Origin: Leptogorgia sarmentosa
Lineage: Eukaryota
DNA: 64,000 bases
Reading direction: 5' to 3'
Assembly (NCBI GenBank): GCA_964658305.1
Contig: OZ210884.1
Location: 4,712,001-4,776,000 of the forward strand
In this document: in pieces, positions 13,933 through 26,200 of the stretch
Layout: the number at the start of each line of letters is the position of its first letter
Position numbering within the stretch: the first letter of the stretch is position 1
Translations under genes and position numbers: made by a program
Notes under the pieces: generated by a model
What the model was told of the DNA's origin: nothing
The model's database searches: none
Seen by the model: only the letters and a program-made list of their open reading frames with translations

Positions 13933-16900
13933 ATCTTGCCGGCACGCCAAGAAAGTTGATTGTAGTTCAACTTATAAGAGTTGCAATACCCACTGTACGA
14001 GTGTACAGAAGCAGGCAGAGAACGCTCGGATTGGACTCCCATATAGCAAAAGTTGAGACTTGAGACATGCGCTTGGAATTTATTTCTGTGCCAAAGGCAA
14101 TAATCAATTATACAATTGAATATTCCATAGAATGTGCTATAGAATATAAAATATTTTAATGTGATATTCTATAGAATATTTTTGTAAGGGATAATTGTAT
14201 GCCAAATATAGACACTCATTTTATGCTTAGTGCCGATCCATTTCTTCGCATTTGGGGTTTCCACAATCATTATTTATCGAAATATCAAAACCTCCTTTGA
14301 AAAAACACTAGCTGCAAAAAGTTCTATGGAACATTATTGAATGTCGACGATACGAAATTGAAGTATTCAGAAGTAAGTATGATTTTGATTTTGAAAAGAA
14401 TTTTTGCTTCAATGCTGCATGTCTGAACGACAATAAATTATTCTGAACTAACATGCGTTCTTGCCTTATTGCAATTCTAATGTGTATGTTTTACAATAAT
14501 ATAAACCAAAATAGCTGTGGTTGATAACAACAATAAACCATTATGCGAAAACGGATCGAGCAGACCAAAATACCACAAAGAAACTACCAGAATATGAGAA
14601 ATATTGTAGTTATATATTGTGTCTCGGTGCCATTATTCCATTCCAATATTTGTTTTTACAAACTGCGGTATTTCTATCTAGGGAATCGATTAACTCCATG
14701 ATAGTGTCATATACACCAATGCTTAGCTACATCAGTAATATTACGTTAAATCAGATAATTTTATGATGTCAATAATCAACAGTCTTTGTTGACAGTTCAC
14801 ATCACAAAGTCTGGCTGACCAGGACATCGACATATCGACTTCGCTATTTACATTTCCCGGACAAAAACTGGATATTTTTTAACAGAATATCTCGCTTCGC
14901 GAACACAACATTAATTTTCATCAAAAAGGAAGTCATACCTCATTAAATTTATATGATGTACATGTGGTTTAAACCTAAGTTATCAGATTCATTAATTTCG
15001 CAAGAAGACCGATTTTGAAATCGACATGGTTGAGTGATCGTTATTATAAAGGCCTGCATGTTTAAACGAGCAATTTTTTACTGGGATTTAATTTCTCCTT
15101 TTTGATCGACAGATCAGTAGAATGTGAATTACCGCCTTTAATTGCGTCTACATCCGTTCTTCACTATTTAAACGAAGAGATTTCATAGCTTGTGATCGGT
15201 TTGGATTGAAAACTTCTGCTGGACTATTTCTTTCAAATGTAGCATTAATATTTGCTAATATAATATGAAATGAAAATATTGCAAAACTGTTTTCTTTGTC
15301 AAATTCAATTTGTCAAAGGTCTTTTGAATCTGGAAATTAGGAATTTTCGAAAAATATTAATTTACATTAAAATACATTCGACACAGGAACTTTGTCAAAG
15401 ACGATTTGGTGGTGTAATTGTAATTGAAGCATTTGTTTTCAAAGTGATAAATGTCTGTGAAGTCACTCTCATTTGGATTGATGAAAAATTGGATTGCATG
15501 TAATAGATTTAAGTCAATGGAATGAGAAAGGTTATTCGAACCTTGTAGCGCTGTATATTTGTACATCAAACGTAGAAATTGTGATTAAAATAATTATTGT
15601 AAATGACTGTCGGGCGGTTGTACGACATAATAAACATTACACTCTTTACTGGATCGAGTTGCAATTAGGATTATACAGAATTATTGACAACGTCTTTATA
15701 ACTAATATTTTTTATATGCATAAGTAAGTTAATTTCGATTCTACTTCATTATAGATGGTCGTACATAGAATCATCGTATTTGTGGCGGTCGTAACTCACA
15801 GCAGAGTCTTTGCAAGTAAGATATGTCGCATGTTAATTTTCCAAGTCACCCCCTGTAAGAACAACTATATCACGAGGTAGATCTATGCATTAATGTATCA
15901 CCATGCATTAATCGAAAACACAAAGCTTATTAGAAGCGACATACGGTAAAGAACAGAGACAAGGGGGTGGAATTCATTATAGTATCCCAACAACTGCAAA
16001 AATATCAGCCACTGAATAAACTGAATCTTTGTCGCCCCAATAATGATACCTGAAAACAAAATTGTGAAAGGTTTCAAATGGTGAAGAATTTTTAACGTTG
16101 TTGTGTGCTTGCTTCGCATGCAAAAATCCGACATAACTTACCTGGTTTGACAGTTTAAATTTTAGGACGACTTTTATCTTAATATTGAAATAGTTATATT
16201 GAAAACGTTTAAAATTGATATTCTTAACACGTCCATGCACTGATCGCTTTCCACGCGATTTTTCTTCAGCACAGCAATTACAAATGATTAATAAATCTTG
16301 GGAAAAGAAAGTGATTGAAAGCGATGAGTGGACTATATATAAATTCCGTGCATTTTAAATAAGAGTTATCTGTTTCTTCCAACAGTTTCACATTTTTTAC
16401 AGATCGTTGCCAAATACCATATGTGTTCTTTTCGACATCCTCTGGAACGCTATATCATAACAAACTAAAATCTAACAATACCCCCAGCATGGTGAATGAC
16501 AACATAAATCATGCACTGTTATCTTTCGACGGAATGAAGAAGCGGCTGTATCTTTATGCCGACGATAAAATGTTTAGTTATAAGTTGGATGGGTCAAACC
16601 GGACTGAGTTTAATCTCCCCAATGTGGAATTTTTCGCGGTTGATGGACGAAACCAGTTGATATATTATCATCACGAATTACAAGACAAGATATATGTTTA
16701 CGATATCGAAAGTGGTACGGACGATGAAGTTGCGGAACTTTCAACTGTTTCAGGAGTGAAAGATATGGAAGTGGACATGAGAAATGGGTAAGCATAAATA
16801 GATTTTCGTTAAATTAACGATATTCCTAAGCCTCAAAATACATTACCGTATGAAATTGTTTTTAAAAGGATAGGGTCGCTTTTTTAGTGTAGCAACATTT

Positions 16901-17340
16901 ATGAAGGAAGTTTTTTAGTTGATGTCTGTGATGGGAGAAATTTATCGAAATTATATTCTTTCTTCACAGTCACCTCTACATTGCAAAAACGAGTGATCCT
17001 GCCATCGTACGCTACGATCAATCAACTGGGAACGTAATGAACCTCACGACTGGTGGTACTGGACAATCAATTACTCTTGATCAATACAATGACGTGATAT
17101 ACTGGGCTAATTACGATGGAAGCAGTCACAGGGTGATGAGAACTCTTTTCACTGGACAAACAAGTGACCTGAACATAAGCTATTCTAATACAATAATTTT
17201 GACATCAGACGTTCTTCATTTGTATGTCCTGGATACGGAAAATAATCGCATTGACAAAATCTCAAAAGAATCGCTTGAAGTGCAAAGCAATTTCACATAC
17301 AGTGGTGATATACGTGATATAATTATGGCATATGGTAAGT
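13933..17340 (+). repeat. Segmental duplication copy 1 (upstream region plus first three exons of gene B); copy 2 at about 24982-29580
   Basis: Long colinear near-identity, e.g. GGCACGCCAAGAAAGTTGATT at about 13940 and 24990, and the shared ORF-like block 14521/25495. Copy 2 carries extra insertions at about 26165-26810 and 26910-27450. Confidence 0.9.
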
Positions 17341-20300
17341 AATAATAGAGTTAAGAGTTTGTTTATAATTTTAGAACTACGTACGAATATCTATCAAGCT
17401 ATCTTTCGAGAGTTTTCAATTTAGGCCGCAGTTGTCGTACATGGTTTACCATTCACCATTGTGATAGGTATATTGAGTAATATCTGAAAATAATTTCTTC
17501 CGGTATTTTTTTGACAAAGCTAAATAGAATATACAAATATATATAAGTCATTAAGAACAGTTTGTTCACAGAGTGATGAGAACTCTACTTACCGGAGAAA
17601 CAATTGACCTGAACGTAACATACACTAATTCAATCATTTTGACATCAGACGTTCTTCATTTTTATCTGCTGCATGATACAGGAAATAATCGCATTGACAA
17701 ATTCTCGAAAGAATCGCTTGAAAATCAAAGCAGTTTTACACATAGCGGTCTAATACGTGATATCATAATTATTTGCATTATGGTGAGCTTTTTGGGTATA
17801 GCTAGAATTTAAGGTTATTTATTTAGATTTATTAATCAGAACTCAAAAATAACTCTATCCTCGATAACTTTTATCAGTTTTATGGCGTTTTAAATTTGGT
17901 CTTTATACATAAAAATTCATAATTAACTATTTCAGTCATATATCTGAACATTTTCCTGGACTATCTTTCGCAAAAAGCAACATGTTTATCTTATACAGTG
18001 TTAAATATGTTATGACGTATATATTGTCAAATTGACCGTTGAAGGAACCGTAGTATATGGATTTGCCAGGAAGTCAATCTATTTTGCGAAAGGGGACAAG
18101 TTAGGAAAAAACTTTTTCGGTGATAGATTTCATATCTATATTACCGTAGTTTATATGAAATTATTTTAAATTTTGGAATACCGAGAAACATTGAAATGTT
18201 CCACTTTAAAATTTCGAGCATGGTACTGAAATGAAGTGGAATGGGTATGGGCAATTATTCTTCGCTTGTATGAAACAAGTTTTGAAATCGTTAAGTAAGT
18301 TTTTTCAACACATTAAGTCAGTTTCAACATATCTTCTTTAGTTTTCAAAATATTTAGACTATAAAAGGGAGAAGACCGCCATCTTGGATATTCACGAATA
18401 TGCATATGCTTTACGTCATAATGCATTTTTTGTCTTTTGAATTAGACGTTATTGTGAGCCTGTAACTTGGGCACTCTTACAAATATTTAAGTCATGTTTG
18501 GTTGCAACCTTGCTGCTGTAGATTTAGTTTTATGATGTTTATCCCATATGTGACGTCATATTAATGAAGTTAAATCTAATTTAAGATGGGTGACAGCCTG
18601 ACTGTTTGCCGAAAATATTTCAAAAACTAAACAAGATATGTTAAACTCAAAAATAACTTACTAAAGGATTCTAAAAGAAGTTCGTGCAAATGTGTGAAGA
18701 ATATGTTTTGCTGCCCATACCCTTTAAGTTCATCATGTTAATCAATCACATGCGCAATAGCTCAGTTGAAAAGTAGTGATAGCGGTATAGTGGAAGTAAA
18801 TTCTAAAGCTGTCTAATACAAATAATTTTTCCTAGACGACGATGAATGTTGCCTTGGAACGTTTTGCCACAAGAGCGCTAGATGTGCTGATTATTTGGGA
18901 GGTTTCAACTGCTCTTGTAGGGATGGTTTTACTGGAGGAAGTACGGTTTGTGAAGGTAGGTTTTAGTAAGTAAACGTAATCACGCATATATTTCCCTATG
19001 TGGCCCAAGAGATTGATATTCCTTTTGTATATCAATCCAGTTTCTTATATATAGCTCACGCACGCATGCGACGTGCGTAATTACGCACGCATTGCACCAG
19101 GATATTTCATTGTCAACATGATGTTCGTCAGAACTTTCTCTGGATTTTAAGAAAAATAGCTGAAATGAAAAATAATTGGGAAAAATAGATGTATGAATGC
19201 GGAAGAGAAAATTCTGCGAGTTGCACAACTGAATATCCTTAAACTATGGTGTCGTCAAACTGAGTCACGACATTTGCTTCTCCTTAATTTCGAATTCTCA
19301 CTTTGATGCGTGCAGTTAAAAACACACCATAAGTATTATTCTTGCGAATCTTCAAAAATATTATTTCTATCACCCAACAAATCTTTTCCTATCAGACCAT
19401 CGTCATTTGTAAATAATTATATGTCTTTTTGAATGTATAATTGACCGTGACATTAAACACATCATTCCAAACTTAGTAAAATTGCACCACTAATCTGGCT
19501 ATGAAAAAAATACAGATAAGAAAAAGAATTGTGGATAAATTCTAGATATTGACGAATGTGAAGAGAAAAATGACAACTGTCTCAACGAAATATTTGCAAC
19601 ATGTCTAAACATTCCTGGGTCGTTTCTGTGTTCCTGTAATAGAGGATTTACTGGAGATGGTGTCACATCGTGTCGAAGTAAGTGAATTAAAGTAATTTAA
19701 AAAATCTTCTGGTGAACATTAGAAAGAAAATTAAGTGCTAATTAAAATATCCCAAGCCATTTTAAATAATACTGTTAACTATGAACTTTAAATGTATGAA
19801 TAAAACCAGCATGGTTGTCACACTAAACAAATTTGTATCTTCAATATCGATCCCAGCTTGAAATTTAATATATTTTACCTAATAAATTTTCAGACGTTGA
19901 TGAATGCAAAGAGGGTGGGCATAATTGCAGCGTAAACGCCGTATGTATAGATGTAATTGGCTCATTTATTTGCTCTTGTAAAACTGGCTTCTCTGGAAAT
20001 GGAGCCAAATGCCAAGGTAGGGTTATAAAAAAGTGAGAATCTCAAGTAATAAGACCATATTGTTGAAACGGCTGGTAGTAAATTGGTTACGGAATCAGTC
20101 GGGAGAAATGTGTGAGGAATTAATAGTTGATTTTCTGTCCAGTTGAAGGTATAACAGTTGTCGTCCGTGTGTGATGCGGGTAATGATTTAAGATCGGTCG
20201 TTTCTGGTCGTTTGAGCACTCTGGCCCCATGACTCTCTACGCATGTGTGGATGCGTTGGCGTATCACATGGGTCGGGTGTGAAGAGTCTCATGTGGTTAC

Positions 20301-21844
20301 ATGACGCATGTGGACACCAACGCATCCATGCCACACATGCGCAGAGTCATGGGGCAGAGTGCTCAAATGACCACAAGGGACGCGTGCTTTACAAAACAAT
20401 TGCGAATGATACCCATTATCTCCGCGCACAGAATGCCCAAAGCACCTAAGTGAAGGAGTGTAATACCATCTGGATACATGCGCCTCATCAGTGCAGCTTT
20501 GTACATGTACACGCTCAAATATAATCTTGCCACGCAATTTCAATGCTACAAATGGTCGCAGATTCTTTTTTCACATGGTTTAGCTATCTGTGTCAAATGT
20601 TTGTAAAAACTATTCCATTTCAAGGAAATTCTGATCCAATGTAAGTAAGAGGTATTTCGTGCGTATCTTTTCAGATATTGACGAGTGTGCATTGGGAATG
20701 CACAAATGTCATGATAAAGCTAAATGCATCAATAATGATGGTTCATTTTTGTGCTCTTGTAAATCTGACTACACAGGAAATGGAACGCATTGTGAAGGTA
20801 TGTTTCATAAATGTAATTTGTGAAAAAAAATATTGCGCATTATTAAACGATCGAGTTATTATTTCCCAAAAGCAGGTCTAAAACATCCGAAGCAGCAAAA
20901 ATTACATCCAATAGAGTAAAATTAGCATTAACAAACTGTTCTTGAAAAGATTGACGTATACGTCATATGGCTAACCGCAAACGGCAAACTTCAAATCGTA
21001 TATTGAGTTCAATTGTTCGTTGTTCGAAGTTGGGGTGATTTGTAAATGAAAACGTGAGCGTGAATGTGTACTTTATTACCGAAAAGTTGTAGAACTTACA
21101 ATACTGAAAACTATGATTTGAAGTGTGGCGCATGCGGTTTGCGGTTTGCTGCGAATGTCAATCTTAAGGTCTATACTATTGCACTTTTTGGAAATGGAGT
21201 TTCTATTCAATGTCACGTGATCATAATTAACCAATTAAATGACCTGAATACAACGTATTATATAATTCACGAATGACGATATTCCGCGAAAATTTCAAAG
21301 CTCACATCTTAATCTCCAATACGAGAGCCTATTTACCTGAGAAAATCTTACAATACGATTCCACAATGTTAGCTGGAAATATAAATTCCAATTCAAAGCT
21401 TTAACGCAATGTTTTTCATATCCAGTTGAATCAGGTTCACCAGGCCAGTCCGTATCAGTCATTATCGGGATCGTAGTCGCCTTTGTCGTTCTCTTTGCAA
21501 TAATATTTTTTATGGCTTATCTGCTTTGGAAGCGAAAACCCGTGGCAAGCAACACAGATAACATTGAGGATAATGAAAATACTGGTTATGATGATGTTTT
21601 ATCACAACACATTGAATTACCGCAAATACCAAATTCCGAAAGTGGATACGAAGTACCAAATGAATCGCCGTATGCACAACTTGACAATTCCGCGAGAGTT
21701 TCGACTGATGAAAACTACCAAAGTTTAATTGCTGAGAATCAAGCCCAATCGGACAGCAATTTTCAGCAGTACCCTACATTGAATATACATAACGATGGAG
21801 TAAGTGATGTTCCCAACGAAAGTGAGTACGTAATAGTCCCTTAG
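15755..21844 (+). CDS. Gene B: type I membrane receptor, signal peptide - beta-propeller P1 - 4 EGF/cbEGF - TM - Tyr-motif cytoplasmic tail (about 575 aa)
   Basis: Exons 15755-15815 (MVVHRIIVFVAVVTHSRVFA), 16403-16787, 16970-17334, 18836-18955, 19546-19677, 19894-20016, 20675-20797, 21426-21844. All have GT-AG boundaries. Summed length 1728 nt, in frame to TAG. TM segment [24 protein letters not shown] followed by KRK. Confidence 0.88.
17567..17782 (+). pseudogene. Orphan 3' half of a propeller second exon within gene B intron 3
   Basis: [33 protein letters not shown]...KFSKESLE...SFTHSG is homologous to the propeller exon 2 copies. It starts mid-exon and is frameshifted just before the GTGAG donor. 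Confidence 0.75.
18242..18723. mobile_element. Non-autonomous DNA transposon, possibly Kolobok-like
   Basis: Inverted termini GGGTATGGGCA (18243) / TGCCCATACCCT followed by TTAA (18724-18727). The left TSD is degraded. Confidence 0.45.
20138..20474. mobile_element. Imperfect hairpin (MITE-like) insertion in a gene B intron
   Basis: Arms TGGTCGTTTGAGCACTCTGGCCCCATGACTCT... (from 20205) and ...AGAGTCATGGGGCAGAGTGCTCAAATGACCA (to 20373) are near reverse complements. GC-richer than the flanks. Confidence 0.65.
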
Positions 21845-22840
21845 TCACTGTTACTTTCATGGAGTTCATGTAGGCTTTTAATGTATTATAGTTGATTTGC
21901 TTAATAACCATCCTTCTGAAGTCTTGATTGTCATTTTTCAGTTTTTTTTAATTCTTAGTTTCATGAAATGTTGCAGATGTCTAACTATAGATATAGCTAT
22001 GTAGGACAAGAATGTATCTAATGTGTTGTCAAGTGCATCGATATGCTAGTTTACACTGTCGGGGGTATACCTGAGAATAAAAATTGTTTATGAATTACTC
22101 GAATTACGAAAAAAAAACGTCGTGTGTACATATATACTTCGTTCAATTTTTAAATGACATTCCTCTCGGCGATGTACAACACAAATTATGTAACACAGTT
22201 TTGGATTGGAAAGAACGGCGGTATTCGGTAGAAAACCGAATAAAATAAAAAATATTGCGTCTCTACCAATTAAAATCGTTTGTATTGCTGTGTTGCACAA
22301 TTTCAATAAAATTTCCTTAAACTCGATTTGCGCCTGTTCTTGTGGTAGGATCAAACGATGAGAAGGCGAAGTTCTTGGTCTAGAAAATAATGCAATATTT
22401 TTCATATACATGCAGTTAAACCAAGTTCTCCGGCAACTGAATCGACATGAAACGACATTGGCGCAGGGCTGGCGCCAGCAATCCCCTGATGGAGGGGCAA
22501 TGAAATAGAGCCTATATGTCAGGCCCGGCGGAACGATCTTTGAAGTGGAGTGGGGGGGGGGGGGGCTCAGGAGCATTAAGAATCACAAGAATTGAGAATT
22601 TCAGGTTTCTAGATCATCGGAAGCAAGAAAATTGAGCGAGAAAATTGTCGGAATTTGGAATCTCTACATGTTAGGAACTGGCAATATACCTCTTTCAGAG
22701 AGCGAACATGGCAGCAACATTGTGCTTTTCAATTAGTTTTATTGTTTCTCAGCCTTCTCCGACAAACTGACTAAATTCCTCGACGGGCGGCCTAAAGCTA
22801 CCCGATAGCCCACCCCCAGCCTCTCCTTGGCGCCACCACT

Positions 22841-23242
22841 GCATTGGCGTTATCATCGGAATCATAGTCGCAGTTGTGGTTGTAGTGGCAGTAGTAATTT
22901 TCACAGTTCGTCTATACTCTGGAAACGAAAACCGGTGAAAACAAACACAGAAAACTTTGGGGACAAAAAAAAATACGGGTTATGACGACGTTTTAGCACC
23001 ACGCAGAGAATTACCCTAAATACCAAATTCCGAAAGTGGGTACGAAGTAGCTACTACCATCGCCATACGCACAACTTGCATGACAAATAAAGAGAGTACC
23101 CATTGATGCAAATTATCAAAGTTTGACTGCTGAGAAACAAGAACCACTGGATAACGATTTTCAACAGCACGCTTCATTTAACATAAACAGCAATGGAAGT
23201 AATGAGGCTCCCAACTATACTAAATATGTGACAGTTTCTTAG
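22841..23242 (+). pseudogene. Degenerate orphan copy of the TM plus cytoplasmic-tail exon
   Basis: GVIIGIIVAVVVVVAVVIF...WKRKPV...GYDDVL...NYQSL...TKYVTVS*, with frameshifts and an in-frame TAA at 23017-23019. Its 5' end abuts a GC-rich insertion ending GGCGCCACCACTG. Confidence 0.8.
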
Positions 23243-26200
23243 TTTTCAGGACGAATATGCATAATTTGCGTTACATATAATTATGTTGTACGGGGTGTCT
23301 TCATAGCTATGCTTTGGTATTGATCTCCTTACAGTAAATTTTTAGTAGCTACCTTAAGATGCTGCATGCAAGCTATCGTATAATTACCTTCTGTATCTTC
23401 CATGCCACATTCTGATATTAATTATTCAAATTTAATTCACGCTATCATTCACTATTGTTTTACTTTTACCTAACGTGATAGTTTTGCTTACATAATTTAT
23501 GTTTCTATGAAAATTTACCTACTGCCATAACCATTGTGATTATATTCTAAAAAAATTATGAGAAAAATCACATTTCAATGTCAATCTGTCTTCCTTAAGG
23601 CGCCCGCCATCCTAAAATTATTAACCCGCATGTCGATGGCAGCAAACTGATTTAGATAGAGGAGGAACAATGTCAATGAACGCCAATAATGGGTAGATTA
23701 AATGGCAAGAGGATTTTTCAACCAAGAAAAAGACATCGCAAGTGCTGCATCTTCCTATTAACGAGATTTCGGGGAGCGTTTTTAGGAACATGCAATGTAT
23801 TAATTGCTTCAAAAAAGAGTGTTTGATCGAAATGTATTGCCATAGCGATAACGAATTAATCAATCACTGTATTCCATATATAAACGCTAATTTTACGCTT
23901 GATGGTATCGATGTATTCCGCATTTCTGATTTCCTCGAGTATATAGAAAGAAACAGTTGTTGCTAAAACAGCAGATGCACAAACTTTCGATAGAACACTA
24001 CATTAAAACGACGGAATGAAGTTGAAGTATTCGAAAGTAAGTGTCATTCGTTTCTGAACCGTGTTATCTGAGGTAGCAAGCCATTTTTTCCTTATATATT
24101 TCGAACTATTTGAGAAATGATTTAGACTACAAGCTTAAGCTTGTATATAGCTAATTATGCTATGTATAGTATCTCGATTTCTCATTTACATTTCTTTCCC
24201 TGTCAGTTTCCCAATGTGCTGTTATAAAATAGGGTGTTTGTGTGTGAGCACCTATACCCAGAGAACAAGAGAGATCTTGCGAAAGGGTAGCATGCAGGCC
24301 AAAGCGTATATTTCCGCAAGAAATTATAATGTACATGAATTATCGCATACCACTGTACCAAAGTTCCGCAGGTTGATAATCTCGGTGTAAGTCTTATGTC
24401 TTATAAACTGTAATTATAATACATAATCCCCCTTAGTATTTCTGGGGTCAGGCCGTTTAGCAAATAATTAAATTACTATTAAAGGGAAGCGCTGGGAATT
24501 ACCAATAAGGGGAATTCATCTATTAATTTTTCTCATGCGGAAATGCTTCGCTTGCTAATAAATTGTCACGGCGGAATACTAAACATTCATGATACAAACA
24601 GTTATTGCGGAAGCGATAATGTCTGATTATTATAATATGAATTTTTTAAATAAATTATTTTTATGTTACTTTCAATTTTGCTTTATTATAATTTTATAGA
24701 TTATCTTTTTTGAAATCATCGTGTTTACTGCAGTTCTAACTGCAGTAAACTGGGGATTCGGGGTTTTTTTGTGAATATTGAATAGATTTTGTTTATTTTT
24801 CTTCTGTAACTTTGATACTTATTTATTATTACATATTATTTTTGTATTAGTCTTGAAAGTTATATGTTTTATTTTCATCTATATAGGTATAGATAGATTT
24901 TGTCATGGCCAGCAGCTCTTCAGATAACTCAAATTGCGAGAAAAAGAGGTAAGAATTAATATGTCTATGAAAAAAAAATCAGTCTTGCTGGCACGCCAAG
25001 AAAGTTGATTATAGTTCAACTTATTAGAGTTGCAATGCCCACTGTACGAGTGTACAGAAGCAGGCAGAGAACGCTCGAATTGGACTCCCATAGCAAAAGT
25101 TGAGACATGCGCTTGGAATTTATTTCTGTGCCAAAGGCAATAATCAATTATACATTAATTGTATGCCAAATATAGACACTCATTTTATGCTTAGTGCCGA
25201 TCCATTTTTTCGCATTTGGGGTTTCCTTAAACAATTATTATTATTTATCGAAATATCAAAACCTCCTTTGAAAAAACACTAGCTGCAAAAAGTTCTATGG
25301 AACATTATTGAAAGTCGACAACATGAAATTGAAGTATTCAGAAGTAAGTAGCTATGAATTTGATTTTGGAAAGAATTTTTGCTTCAATGCTGCATATCTC
25401 AACGATAATAAATTATTCTAAACTAACACGCGTTCTTGCCTTATTGCAATTCTAAAGTATGTTTTTACAATAATATAAACCAAAATAGCTGTGGTTGGTA
25501 ACAACAATGAACCATTATGTGAAAACGGATCGAGCAGACCAAAATACCACAAAGAAACTACCAGAGTATGAGAAATATTGTAGTTATATATTGTGTCTCG
25601 GTGCCATTGTTCCATTCGAATACTTGTTTTTACAAACTGCTGCATTTCTATCTAGGGAATCGATTAACTCCATGATAGTGTCATATACACCAATGCTTAG
25701 CTACATCAGTAATATGACGTTAAATCAGATAATTTTATGATGTCAATAATCAACAGTCTTTGTTGATTATTGACCTCACAAAGTCTGACTGACAGGAAAT
25801 AATTATTTTGTGAACTGATAAAACAAAAACTACTGTAAATCGTAGGACATCGACATATCCACTTCGCTATTTATATTTCCCGGACAAGAAACTGGATATT
25901 TTTTAACAGAATATCTCGCTTCTCGAACACAACATTTCATCAAAATGGAAGTCATGCCTCATTAAATTTATATGATGTACATGCATGTGGTTTAAAAGCT
26001 ATCGGATTCATTAATTTCGCAAAAAAACGATTTTGAAGTCGACATGGCGGGGTGATCGTTATTATAAAGGACTGTTTAAACGAGCAATTTTTTTACTGGG
26101 ATTTAATTTCTCCTTTTTGATCTACACATATGAACAGTGGATTAATAACTAGAATGTGAATTAGTGCGTGGTTCCTCACTTGAACATTCGTGACGTTTAT

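Noticed and set aside
14521..14766. 81-aa ORF repeated at 25495-25740
   Set aside because: Conservation is explained by the recent segmental duplication. It has a non-ATG start and no recognisable domain.
22088..22576. 162-aa minus-strand ORF
   Set aside because: Lies in a repeat-like insertion with a poly-G tract; no domain or splice support.
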